A DNA stretch of 64,000 bases from the NCBI GenBank assembly GCA_951406725.2, contig OX597814.1, positions 52,390,001 to 52,454,000 of the forward strand. The letters are read 5' to 3'. The translations under genes were made by a program, and so were the position numbers. This document shows, piece after piece, positions 1 to 14,190 of this stretch. The stretch comes from Octopus vulgaris (Eukaryota). Position 1 is the first letter of the stretch. Every line of letters begins with the position of its first letter. The notes beneath the pieces are model-generated. The model ran no database searches, had not been told where the DNA came from, and saw nothing but the letters and a program-made list of their open reading frames with translations.

Positions 1-311
1 TTCCAAATGTAAACAAGCACATGTGCACACACACACTCCTGCAAGCATGTGCATGCACACACACACACACACATTCACCCATACACAAAATCCACTCACA
101 AGGCTTTGGTTAGCCTAAGACTATAGTATAAAACACCTGCCCAGAGTGCCGTACAGTGAGACTGGACCTGATACCATATAGTTTGGAGGCAAACTTCTTA
201 ACCATACATCTAAGAAGTTAAAGAATCTCTTATATCAACTACATTACATAACCTGAGACTCACTTTCATATTAGCAATCTCTTGTTATCAAATGACTATT
301 TTCATCTATCT

Positions 312-315
<4 letters not shown>

Positions 316-375
<60 letters not shown>
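316..375. repeat. (TA)n microsatellite
   Basis: Pure TA tract. Confidence 0.97.
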
Positions 376-378
<3 letters not shown>

Positions 379-1583
379 CTCATCATCCTCATCGTTTAAC
401 GTTTTCTTTCCATGCTGGCATGGGTTGGATGGTTTGACTGAGGACTGGCAAGCTCCAATCTGATCTGGCAAGGTTTCTGCCCTTTCTAACGCCAACTGCT
501 CAGTGAGTTTAGTGGGTGCTTTTTTTACGTGCCACCGACATGGGAGCCAGTCAGGCAGCACTGGCATCGACCACGCTTGAATGGTGTTTTTTGCATGCCA
601 CCAGTACTAGCATCAGCCATGCTCAAATGTTGCTTTTTACGTGCCACCAGCACAGGTGCCAGCACTGACATAGGTCATGACTACGATTTCACTTGACTCA
701 ACAGGTCTTCTCATGCACAGCATATTGCCTGGCAATTGAGTGAGAGTTAACAGATGAGATGAAGAAAATTTTTACATAGAAAACACTTAGTAGCACTCAA
801 AAGATTTGAACTTACACTCCAAAATCTTTACTGAGAACCAAGAAAGCTGGGTAAAGAGTGGTTATAAAGGGAATTCAAGTGAGCAGATATGGAGACAATG
901 ATGCAAATAAACAGAAAAAAACTCCTTGGATTTGATGTACAGAATATATACACATGTATTCCTGTAAATAAAGAAAGGGCAAAGACTGAAAGATGTTCAG
1001 ATGATTAACATTCAAGTATAAATATATATTTACATATATATTGACAGAGCAAACTTACATTATATGGACTCAAAGAATTAGAGGGGAGAAAACATGGTGT
1101 TAAAAGCCTGACAGCTGTTTCTAGGGGTGCAGAGTAACTTTGTAATGTTGGCAGATATAGTTCACCATTACAACTAGTAATGGAAACAAACAAACATTGG
1201 AAAAAAACCCAACCTCCTTCTTCACAGTAGAGAGAAAAGAATCTAAACTAGGCAAACTGAATAGTCTGTCCGTGACTATACATAAGATAGTGTAAAAATC
1301 AACTGCTGGTATGTCCAGCTGATGCATACATAGGAATAAATTCATATATGAATTACAAGCAGTGCTAGTGTAGTAAACATTACTGAACACACATACTCAA
1401 TGTATGTACTTTGTTTGCCAGTAGGCTGCAATTTAAGGGTAACAAGTTCATATGAACTTATTCTTTGTAAGCCTAGTACTTATTCTATCGGCCCCTTCTG
1501 CTAAACTGCTAAGTTACAGGGACGTAAACACACCGACATCTGTTGTCAAGAAATGTGAGGGGACAAACACAGCACACACACAA

Positions 1584-1618
<35 letters not shown>

Positions 1619-4600
1619 ACAGGCTTCTTTCAGTTTCTGTCAACCAAATCCACTATAGAAGAAGACACTTGCCTAAGGTGCCATGCTGTGGGACTGAGCC
1701 AGAAACCATGTTGTTGAGAAGCAAGCTTCTTACCACACAGCCACACTGTGCCTATATATATATATATTATATATATATATATATTTACTATTTGACTTTT
1801 GCAAGCTGTATAACAGTATTTTATTTGTTTCCTTGAAATTTCTATTTTACATATTATCTTTAGGTATTGCATTTGTGTGTAGAGTTTGATAAGCAATTGT
1901 AAAAATTATATAAATGTTAATTGTTGTTTTTCTTTCTAAATAAAAAAAAAATCAAACAAAACAAGATTTCACTTTAATTGTTGAAGTCTAAAAAGTATTG
2001 TGAACAATGGTTCAGATAAAACATCCTACTGCTACAAAGATAAGAAGAAAAAATTGAGATTAGGTAAAAGAAAATTATGCATTTCAGACTGTCAAGGAGA
2101 CATTTTTATTCATTAGCAGTCATTCAAAGAGATACCGTTGTTCAATAGTGGCCATTGAATCTGGCATCGTTCTTCATTAGTAAACATTCAAGGAGACCTC
2201 AATGTTCTGTTGTAGCCAATCTTATTATGCATTTAAATATCATGGAAGGTAAAATACCTAATAGATTTTTACTTGTTTCAGCCATTGAACTGCAGCCATG
2301 CTGGGGCACCACCTTGAAGGGTTTAGCTGAACAAATTGACCCAAGGACTTATTATTTTTTTAAGCCTGGTACTTACTCTATTTAATCTCTTTTTGCTGAA
2401 CTGCTATAATACAGGGATATAAACAAACCAACACCAGTTGTCAAGCAGAAGGGACAAATACATTCACACACACACACACACATACATGATGGACCTCTTT
2501 CAGTTTCTAACTACCAAATCTGCTCACAAAGATTTGGATGGCTCAGGTCTATAGTAGAAGACATACTCGAGTGGGACTGAACCCTGGTCCAGTAGTTCAC
2601 TGATATCACATGTTTTTATAACACAAAGTTAGAGAAATTTGTTCTCCACGATAAAATCTTGCAGCAAATGCTATTCACATTCTAGTGTGCAGGAACATGT
2701 TAAAAATATGTACATATCACTATATATATACGTGTGTGTGTAAGGGGAGAGATAGTATTTAATTTTCTGTGTTTCAACCAAACTAAAAAAAAGTCATATT
2801 CATATCTCCAATAAACAACATCTCATAACTTTGCATTTTGTGAGGACAAGTTCAATAAGAAAATCCCTCACTTGAAAAACAGGTAAGGGTTGACATCAGA
2901 AAGGCAATCCAGCTATAAAATACTGCCTCAAATAAGTTTTCATCTAAGCCGTGTCAACATGGAAAAGTCAACATACAAATGAACAAATGAATTATAAGTA
3001 CCACTAGTTGTTTTTTGCATTACTCCATAAAAAAAAGAAACCCAGCTCAACAGGCATAGAAGGATTTACTAGAACTGCTAGCAGAGAAATTATATTATTT
3101 GATTCATCAGGAAGGATATCCAGCTATAAAATATGCCAAAGCAGACATTAGAGCCTGCCAGCTCCTGTCAAACTGTCCAACCCATCCCAGCATAGAAAAC
3201 AGATTTTAAATGATGATGATGTCTCAAATTCCTCTGACACTATACTTAAACTTTTTTATTGATCGTACTCCCAGCAAAACTATAAATTTATGGACCTTTC
3301 TTCTTCAAATACACAAAAACAATAACAATTAGGCCTTAAAATACTGTCAACCAACATAAAGAAAATATGAACATAATCTTTGTCCCCCAAAAATTATTAT
3401 TTACACAAACTAAACAATTTAGTTTTGTTTTTGTTTAATTCAAATCACTACATTTAATGATCTTCAACAAGATTTCAATGACTAAGAAGAAGATTCTTTT
3501 CCCTGTTATATTTCAATAATAAACTTCCTTCTGTCAGTAACCCAAACTACTACTATGCTGATGAGACAGCATTTCTTTTTTTAACTGGGCCTAGAAAGCT
3601 TCCATACTGTCATTCAACCTGCTAGAAACAGCAGCCATGTCTCCAACAAATCACACACTGCCAGCTTAAAAACAAGGATCCATAGGATGTTGTAGTCTTA
3701 GGTACATTATGTGTGAAAAAAAAAAAATGGGACGGATAGCTCTGATCGAGCAGACCTGGGGTTAAACAATAATAACAGTTACCTTTAGAATACTGTTGAA
3801 CAATATTGAGAAAAATATGAACATAATCTAATGTCTCAAAAAAAAAAAATATCTTACACAAATTAAAATTTCGTCTTGTTGCAGAAGAATAAGCATTTAA
3901 ATATTTAAATTTCAAAATCCTTCAACACCAAATTATGGTTCATCAACTCTTGAGAGAATTTAGAGCATTAGTGATAAGTTTTACTAAACCACTAAGTATA
4001 CTGATTGTTTGAAATCATTGAAACAAAATAGTAGTTATAAATAAAAGAATATCAGCAAATAAACAAAAAGCAGACTGTAATGGTAAAAAATGTTTTAGAA
4101 AACTGAAATAATATGTATTAATTTTTAAAATAAATATCAAGAGCCCCCCCCCCCCCAACTGTCTCAATCTATTATCATGCAAAAAATGTCAAGTAGGTAT
4201 AGTCTAGCTTAACAGCTTCTTTCCTATTACTTTCTTCCATCAGAAATAATCAATTCTATAGTTCCTCTAAAAGCTGTTAGTTGAATTGATGCCAGTAGAC
4301 TAGCCAGGAGTTCATATTCGGAATCTTTATTTTAACTTAAACAATGAATGTCAGAAGCTCCATATTTTGATGGAAAATAATGAAAGGACAAATGATTTGA
4401 TGCAAAAATAATTCATGTTCTTAAAAACATTAGAACTAGTAACATTCAAGAACTGAGAATCTCTATTAAATAATAGCTATGTTGAGAGGAAGAAAAGCTG
4501 GTTCAGAGCATCAATCAAAATCATTGCAGTTTATTCTGAAGTGAATTTTGATCAAATGATCAATACAGAAAACTGGAAATCAATTGCATACTGGATCTTA

Positions 4601-5326
4601 CAGAGTCAGCAGCAACAGTGACAAGCATGAAAATACCTGTGCAGAAATGAAAGAACTTGTTCCGTGCCGATCTATGAAATAAGCTGAAATTTTAGAAGCA
4701 TTTGAAATGAGTGGAAAATGAAAAGTGAGAAGACTTTAAAAGAATAAAAATATTTCTTTTAATATTTGGTTTTTGTATTTTGATGTGAACTTAGAGCATA
4801 TCATTGATGTTATGGATGAGGTCATGAATGGCAATGAAAGGACTTTGACAAAACTAGCTGACTGATTGACTGACTGAATGATCAATAAAACAATTGATTA
4901 GTTAATTGGTTAAATGTTGACTAATTATCAATTTGATTGATTGATTCTAGTTTCAGCTCACGAGCTGTGGCCATGCTGGGGCACCGCCATTTTCTGTTGT
5001 TCAACTCATCAAAATGAAAGAAAATTTTAAAGGAATATTTTGTTCTGTATGGGAGGGTCAATATATCACTAATAAAGATATGCACTGAGTTTAATTTGTT
5101 AATTAATAATAAGAATCTTTTCTCCTATAAGCACAAGGTTTGAAATTTTGGAAGGAGGTGCTACATTGCCCCCAGTGCTCAACTGGTACTTGTTTTATTG
5201 ACTCTAAAAAGATGACAGGTAAAGTCAACCTTGGCAGCATTTGAACTCAGAACATAATGACAGAAGAAAATGCTGCTAAACATTTTGTCTGGCAAACTAA
5301 CGATTCTGCCAGCTTACCGCCTTGAC

Positions 5327-5358
<32 letters not shown>

Positions 5359-8300
5359 GTGATATATTGACCCTCCCATACAGAACAAAATATTCCTTTT
5401 AAATTTTCTTTCATTTTGATGAGTTGAACAACAGAAAATTTGTGAAGAATTTTTAAATGCAGTATGTAACTGAATAAATATTGTTTTATTCATGATGTTG
5501 ATCCAAAGATGAGAAAATTATATTCTCATACAACCTGTTATTTAATAACAACAGTAAATATAAAAAGAATTAAATTAATTTCCCTGTCACATTAATGTAT
5601 ATAAATTTGAAAATTCTTAAAAATTATAATTTTTCATATATCTATTTAAGCTTATTTTAACAAAATTGGGCCTTACATGACTGAGCATATTGGGTATTGA
5701 GCAATGAACAAAAGGTTTCATGGTTAGCAAATATAATACACAAGAAAAACACTTGAAAACTGAGTCATTAGAGAGGTTATGAGATATTTTAACTGAAGAA
5801 TATTACACTACCTTCAATTGCAAAGCAAGCAATAACATAAAACAGGCAGAAAAATATTTAAGTATTCCATCAAAGTCTTGAGAGATAAAATATGATCTGA
5901 TCTTCAAATGTCAACTATATTTAAATAAAGCAGAATTCAACTCACAATAACAAGATACACACATTATATCAGAGATTTTGATCTTAGTATAATTCTAAGG
6001 ATTCATAGAAAAATAAATCATATTACAGATGAATTTAGGTTAGACACTGCTTAATTTGCTTTTGTGTCTCTAAATGAAAATCTAGTGATCGCAAGTGAGG
6101 AAAATATGTAATTGTAGAGCATGAGGTTCAACAATTCAGCCAAAGGTTTTGAATCAAAAAGTCATCAAACTCATACTAACGTAAATATGTTGAAAATAAA
6201 TAAAGTTTATAAATGCAATCTTATGAGAAGATTTGTCCAAGAATTGTAGAGGATTGAAGCCAAACTAAATGTCCCAGTTAATAGTATAAAACAGTGTGCA
6301 TCATTTGTATGTCATGAGGGATTGGCAATAGAATCTAACCAGAGAAGTTTACTGTTTTATATTGCTATCTGAGAATAACAGCACTGCTAGTTACAGGTTT
6401 CCAATGCATTTAACACTTACTCATTGTATTTCTTACAGGGTAACTAACAAGGGAATATTTTCAATTTGATGCAAATGAGTTTGTTCTTGTAGAGGCCCTT
6501 GTTCTAAGAGTACTAGTTTTTCACTTATGTTTACGGGCTTCACTGATATGTATGTATACATATTTATATATATAGCATCCATGCTTGCACGGACTAGACA
6601 GAATTTGTTGTTGAGGTAGATTTTTTTATGGCCTGATGCCCTTCCTGTTGCTAACTCCCACTTATTTCCAAGTAAGGTAATATTTTCCCCATGACCAGAC
6701 ATTTTGGCTAGATATATAACATAAGACAACACTGAGACATATGAACAGGTACTGTAATGCAGATCTATCTAACCACTGCTAGCACAGAAAAGTGAGCATT
6801 AATATTGACTACTAACACTGGTTGAAGACAACAAAATTATGAGGAAGATACAGTGGATTAAATCAAACCAGTACTTGATAGGTCCTTTACTTTATGGACA
6901 CAGTAAGAATGAAAGGCCAAATTGACCTTAGTAAGATTTGAACTCTTAATATAAAGGGTGATAGATAAATACACCAAGGCATTTTGTCTGACACTATAAT
7001 AACTTTGCTAATCCACTATTATTTATATACGATAAATAATGACAATTATATTTATTTTAAAAGCTGCCCCTCCAGCCATCAAAACTGTGAGATCTTCACA
7101 GTTAATGTTCCTCTTCAACAGTTACCAGTTGATAGCATCAGGAAAAACATAGATAATGTGGTATTTCGAAAGGGTTGACATTCTAAGGAAGAAGAACTGG
7201 ACTTAGTGGTTAGTGCAGGGTGGTGTAAGACGAAGAGAGATGATGGTTTCAAAATTCCTGATAGGAGATGGCCTGAGACTAGCCAGCTTCATAGAACAGA
7301 GACCACTGTAGTACAGGTGGAAAAGATAGAAGAGGAAACAACATTCTTGTGGACCAAATATTTGGAGTGTGTTTATGATAAATCACAAACTGATACACTT
7401 TTATTTTTGTTTAGATATAATACAAAAGAATAGATAATGACCTAAAGTATAAATACAAAAACAAATACTTTTGCTTTAAAAGCTTATATTTCATACATCT
7501 CATGTTGTAACATAAAACAAGGCAGCGAGCAGGTAGAATTGATTCTGCACAGGACAAAATGTTTAGCAGCATTTCTTCTGGCTTTATGTACTGAGTTCAA
7601 ATTCTGTCAAGAGCAACTTTGCCTTTCATCCTTTTGGGTGTCAATAAAATATGTACTAGTTGATGACTGGAGGTCAATGTAATCAATTCACTCCCTCCTT
7701 TACAATTGCTAGACTTGTGCCAAATTTTTGAAACCATTATGTCATAGGATAGTCATGTACAATTTAATGAACAGTAACAGGAACTGAAAAATAGCATATC
7801 AAAAACAAGATAATGATTTTTTCTATAAGCATAAAGCTTGAGCATTGTGGGAGAATAAATACATGACATTAATTTATACTTTTCAAGAACATTAGTGAGT
7901 AAAAACAACTAATTTGGATTTAGCACAAAGATAAAGTTGTAGAGTAGGAAGTATAATTTTTTTTTTAATTCAGTATATTACTGACACTTATATTATTCTA
8001 AGAGATGTAAGGTAAAACTGACCAAAAAATATTTAATCAAATCATTACTATCTACTTATTCTGCATATACTATTCTAAATCATATAGCTCTTTCTCCTCC
8101 ATCAGCAGCACCACCACTGCCACCATTATTTAATGTCTGTTTTCCATGGATTTCTATGTACAAATTTTTAAAGCGATTTCTTATGCAAGAATATGTATAT
8201 ATATATATATATATATAAGATAAATTATGTAAGAATTTATATAATGTATAAATTCTTATATAGACAGAAGATAATGGGAAGATATAACATTTAATATTTT

Positions 8301-10391
8301 TTTCAAAGGTTAGCGACCTAAAGAAACTGAAGCTGTTTGATCTGAGCAAGCTTGAACAGTAGGCTGCAAACAGTAGGTTTGCTGAGAACTTACTACTGAA
8401 GCACCTGCTACTCTCTAAATCATAATGATGAAAATTTACTATAAAAATAAACATTTGTTTATTGTTATAAGACACAGGCTGTATAAATGAGATACATTGT
8501 CTTATCTAATGAAGAAAATTGTTTTTTTCTTTTTATTTTATTTTTAATTCATTGATCTTGAACTCTTGAGAAAATTTTGAGCTTTAATCTTTACAACATA
8601 AGAAAGATAAATAGAATATTTAAGGAGCTGGTTTTTTGAGAATAAAACAATTTAATATCAAATATCTACAGAGCACATTATTGTTTTTTAATATTTTTCT
8701 ATTATTATGTCTATTTGTGCAACAATGTTGACAGTTTCAAAACTAAAAAGATTTATTATTTAGATTTGTTGATCGAAAGAGGAAGAGCTATGCATGTAAC
8801 CTCCAAATCCCTTCTGGAATGAAAAGGTATAAAGACAAAGGGCCATTGTTAACTCTAGACTAGCCTTGATTCATGAGCAAGAGTGTTCCTCTCATGAATA
8901 TCCCATATTTTTTTCAAGCTGGCATGCACAGGTATGGCTGTGTGGTAAGAAGCTTGCTTCCCAACTACATGGTTCTGGGCTCAGTCCCACTGCATGGCAC
9001 CTTGAGCAAATCTCTTCTACTACAGCCTCAGCCTGACCAAACAAACTCAAAGAAGCCCATTGTGACCATTTCATCATGTTGAATAGTTTAATCTCTACAC
9101 ATTTTACTCTCTCAAAATTTTTCTCTTAATCTTTTCTGTCAAAAAGCATAGGCTCAAAATGTCAAAGACTTTTCCATTCTTCCCAAGCATTAAATGAATA
9201 CACCTACTTGTTGTTTCTACACCTGTCTTAATCTTTTGTTTTCTGTGAATTTGAACTATATGTGTGTGTGTATGTCTTTGTTCTGTGTTTGTCCCCTCAT
9301 CACTGCTTCACAACCAGTTTTGGTGTGTTTACATCCCCGTAACTTAGCGGTTTGGCAAAAGAGGCCAATGGAATGAGTGCTAAGCTTAAAATATAAGTCC
9401 TGGAGTCGATTTGTTCAACTAAAATCCTTCAAGGTGGTGCTCCAGCATTGCCACAGTTAAATGACTGAAACAAAAGAATAAATTCATCAGCTAAAAATGG
9501 TAATATACAAACAATAGAGACAATGTAAGTATCTGCCACTACTGCCTATATTTCCAGGGACAATATATTTATATTTTCTCTCAGCTATTTCTTGGTCAGG
9601 TTAGCTAGCCAACCTGTTATCTTGTCACGGTTTCTATCTACCTAAATGTTTGAACCAAACCAGATCCCAAGCAACTTAACTGGTTTATCAATCCTGAGAC
9701 TTACAAAGATGGCCAATAAGAACAAAGCTGTACACAAGAAATGGGAAAATTGATTACCTCAACCACTAGTATGTGTTTAATTATTGACCTCTAAAAAAGT
9801 AGACCCTGGCAAGATATGAACTCAAGATGTAAAAGAACATATTTAAATACCACAAGGCATTTTATCCTCTGTTCTATCAATACAGCCAGTTCAAAGGAAA
9901 TCAAAAAATGATTATCATTATCATCCTAAAATATTTTATTAGCAAAAGCAATATCTGAAAAACCTCAAGTTTATGAGCTCATAGTTTTTAATTTCAATGA
10001 AATCCTCCTATTTTGCTAAATTGGGTCAGTAGCCGAGCTACAATTCCCAGACAGAAAGTCTTCATTTAAAATGCAAAACACCATTAGGTCATGCATAAAC
10101 AGCACAATAACATATATCCACATGTAAATGTGAAGCATCATGTTTGTGTAAAGTACTATGATCAATATTACATTAGAAATATAGACACAAAATAAACATT
10201 TCATCTGTCACAAAATCAACCAAAACAAAACCGTCATTATAATATAGGGCAGAAAATATATATAAACTAAGAAACTGACGATATAAACATTGAATACACA
10301 CACATATATATGTATCAACTCTTAATAATATATATATATATATCAACTCTTGATAATATATATATATGTATCAACTCTTAATAATAATAAT

Positions 10392-10429
<38 letters not shown>

Positions 10430-10440
10430 CAACTCTTAAT

Positions 10441-10476
<36 letters not shown>

Positions 10477-11261
10477 AAGAGTTGATACATATATATATAT
10501 ATATATATATATCAACTCAACTAATTTCACAGGTTTTTGGGAGTGTCTGCAAAGGTCATGGGTACTAACACACATAAAAATGTAGAAAAACTATCTATCT
10601 AAATAAAAATGACGATTTCTTTTACGTAGGTATAGGGAGTAAAAAGAAGTTGAAATTTTCAGTCGAAGAATAGAAACTTTTCGAAGGAAAGTAAAAAGTA
10701 ATGAAACCAAACAACTTCAACAAATAAAGATGACAAGAATGTTTATATAATCACAAGTGCCATAGATATATTTTTTAAAGAACTGGAATATTCACGCCTA
10801 CCCAACAAATACTTTAGTCACATGGCAAAATACTTAAATCACATGATTGAAGTAAGGCTACTCCAACTGAGTCGAATTACATAACAATAACACTTGATAT
10901 TTTTCTTGCGCCAACAAATGGATCTCTACTTGGTTGCTTGGCAAGCTTGAAATAGCAGACAAATCTTTCTATCAAAATACATTCTACTGTCTTTAAAAAT
11001 CTCATACTAGATAATATAGTCCTAGTTATACTAGAGTATGTTTGAAAAGGAAAGAAAGGAGATAGGAAGGTCATGGTAGGAACGTATTTGATCACAGGTC
11101 TGTTACATCAGGGTTAACCTGTGCCTATGCAACAATAAACATATTTCTTTCTTTGGCACAAGGTCACAAGGCACGTTTGGTTGGGTAGATATCTTACTTA
11201 ATCAAGACACAAAAGATAAAGGGAACTGTGGCAGGATTTCAACTCTGAAATCTAGTCATCA

Positions 11262-11388
<127 letters not shown>

Positions 11389-11534
11389 TCACTCACACAT
11401 TATCACCACAACAATAATGAATTCTTATACATAGGAACTAGGCTGAGAATTTTTTTAGGGGGGGTCTCTGGATTATATTGATTCCAGTACTTGACTAGTA
11501 CTTTATTTTCTTAACCTCGGAAGGATAATAAATA

Positions 11535-12235
11535 ATAATCCTTTCTACTATAGGCACAAGACCTGAAATTTGGGGGAGAGGGATAGTCGATTACGGTGGA
11601 GGTAAAGAATACGGCGAATACGTACACCACCCGTTTTCGGCATAACAAAAACCCTAACCCTAAACCGTAAACACCGGGTGTACATACTCTTTACTTCCGC
11701 TGTCGATTACATCAACCCCAGTACTCAACTGGTATTTATTCTATCGACCCTGAAAGGATGAAAGGCAGTGTTGACCTCGGCGGAATTTGAACTCAGAACG
11801 TAACGGCAGACAAAATACCTATTTCTTTACTACCCACAAGGGGCTAAACACAGAGAGGGCAAACAAGGACAAACAAACGGATTAAGTCGATTATATCGAT
11901 CCTAGTACGTAACTGGTACTTATTTAATCGACCCCGAAAGGATGAAAGGCAAAGTCGACCTCGGCGGAATTTGAACTCAGAACGTAACGGCAGACAAAAT
12001 ACCTATTTCTTTACTACCCACAAGGAGCTAAACACAGAGAGGGCAAACAAGGACAAACAAACGGATTAAGTCGATTATATCGATCCTAGTACGTAACTGG
12101 TACTTATTTAATCGACCCCGAAAGGATGAAAGGCAAAGTCGACCTTGGCGGAATTTGAACTCACAACGTAACGGCAGACGAAATACCGCAAAGCATTTCG
12201 CCCGGCGTGCTAACGATTCTGCCAGCTCGCCAAAG
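11535..12235 (-). mobile_element. tRNA-derived SINE with internal 184-bp tandem triplication
   Basis: Units start at 11702, 11886 and 12070 (GTCGATTA..CCGAAAGGATGAAAGGC..GAATTTGAACTCA). Monomeric family members lie at about 5110-5325(-), 7520-7740(+), 20560-20775(-), 28885-29100(+) and 40225-40450(+). Confidence 0.85.
11595..11701. mobile_element. 107-bp MITE with internal telomere-like repeats, nested in a SINE
   Basis: TIRs GGTGGAGGTAAAGAATA / TACTCTTTACTTCCGCT; 9-bp TSD GTCGATTAC (11586-11594 and 11702-11710); internal AACCCTAACCCTAA. Confidence 0.8.
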
Positions 12236-12638
12236 CCAGCAGTTTTGAGGGAAGATGGTTAGCCAGATCCCCAGTACTTGACTAATACTTTTATCGATCC
12301 CGAAGTGATGAAAGGCAAAGTTGATGTCGGCAGGGTCTGACTTCAGAATGTAAAGAGCCAGAACAAATATTGCAAAGCATTTTTTCCGATTCTGTAACGA
12401 AGCCCAAAGCCACACCTAGAAGAAAAAATAGGGGAAGGGCGTAGTTGACTTAATTGATCCCAGTACTTGACTAGTCCAATATTTCGTCGACTCCCTCTCT
12501 CATATCATGGGACGAAACAATAAAAACAATAATATTAATATTTTTTTTATTAATCACCAATGGCTGACAAAAACATCACGGAAAAAAAATAGAATGTACT
12601 AAAGAATGTATGTGTGTGTGCACATGTGTATATATTTA

Positions 12639-12789
<151 letters not shown>

Positions 12790-13599
12790 CACATACATAA
12801 ACACACACACAAATAAAATTGAGGAAAGTAATAGTGGGAGTGAGGAAAGACCTCCTTCAGTGCTGTAAACAAATCTACTCAACTGACTGTCATGTGAATA
12901 ATTTTTTGTTGTTTTTTTCTCTTTACTCCTCTGGATCAAGGCTGAAGATAGTTTAAGCATATACGCATACACTATACATATACATTGTACACAAAACTAG
13001 AAGAGGACAGGAATGTCAAAAAAAAAAAAATGAAAATTTAATTACAGAATGCAATAATAATTATTAACTCGCCAACATTTCAGAAAATCTTCATTAGTTT
13101 ATAGCTCTCTCTTTCTCTCTCTCTCTAACCCAGCTCATTTTCTATACAAACGCATCTAAAACTAAGATACAACTCTCGCAACACATACACAATACAGTTG
13201 ACAATCGTGTCATATTTTACACAACAGGTGTAAACATTAATGTAATACAAAGAACAACAATAATAATCATGTGAGACACACACACACACATGTAACAAAG
13301 TGGATGTACCATATAAAAACCCATACTTGGAGGTTTGTCTAGTGGTACAGCAGAAGCTCATATAAAACTGTTGAAAATAGATGATAATAATAATAGATTT
13401 CTTCAGTTGGCACAAGACCAAAAATAAGTAGCAAAAATATTGTCACTTGCACCCAAAGCATGCTTGATACTTATTTTGTTAATTCTATAAAGAGATTTAG
13501 AGTGGAAACACAGAGGGACAAAATTAAATATCTAAAGATATTTAGTGTACCACATTACTATTGCTGCTATAAATAATTTCTGAGCCACAATGTCAAGAA

Positions 13600-14190
13600 A
13601 GACAGTGTATATGTGATTGGGTAAAACTATATTATTAAAAAAGAGGGTAATTGTGACTTGGGAAAAGGATATTATTAAGTAAGAGGGTATATATCATTGG
13701 GCAAAAAGTATATTATTAAGAAAGAGGGTATATGTGATTGGGCAAAAGTAGGGTATATATGATTGGGCAAAAGTATATTATTAAGAAAGAGGGTATATGT
13801 GATTGGGCAAAAGTAGGGTATATATGATTGGGCAAAAGTATATTATTAAGAAAGAGGATATATGTGATCAGGCAAAAGTATATTATTAAGAAAGAGGGTA
13901 TATGTGATTGGGCAAAAGTAGGGTATATATGATTGGGCAAAAGTATATTATTAAGAAAGAGGATATATGTGATCAGACAAAAGGATATTATTAAGAAAGA
14001 GGGTATATGTGATTGGGCAAAAGGATATTATTAAGAAAGAGGATATATGTGATTGGGCAAAAGTATAGTGTTAAGAAAGAGGGTATATGTGATTGGGCAA
14101 AAGTATATTATTAAGAAAGAGGATATGTGTGATCAGGGAAAAGGATATTATTAAGAAAGAGGGTATATATGATTGGACAAAAGTATATTA
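13600..14190. repeat. Minisatellite with a 40-bp unit and interspersed 25-bp sub-units
   Basis: TATTATTAAGAAAGAGGGTATATGTGATTGGGCAAAAGTA repeated more than ten times. The short variant is GGGTATATATGATTGGGCAAAAGTA. Confidence 0.95.

Noticed and set aside
6984-7433. Two adjacent plus-strand ORFs with moderately coding-like composition
   Set aside because: No identifiable motif, and no consistent splice sites linking them.
8080-8475. 131-aa ORF or possible terminal exon at about 8310-8415 on the minus strand
   Set aside because: No recognisable homology to RILPL or any other family, and the ORF crosses a TA tract.
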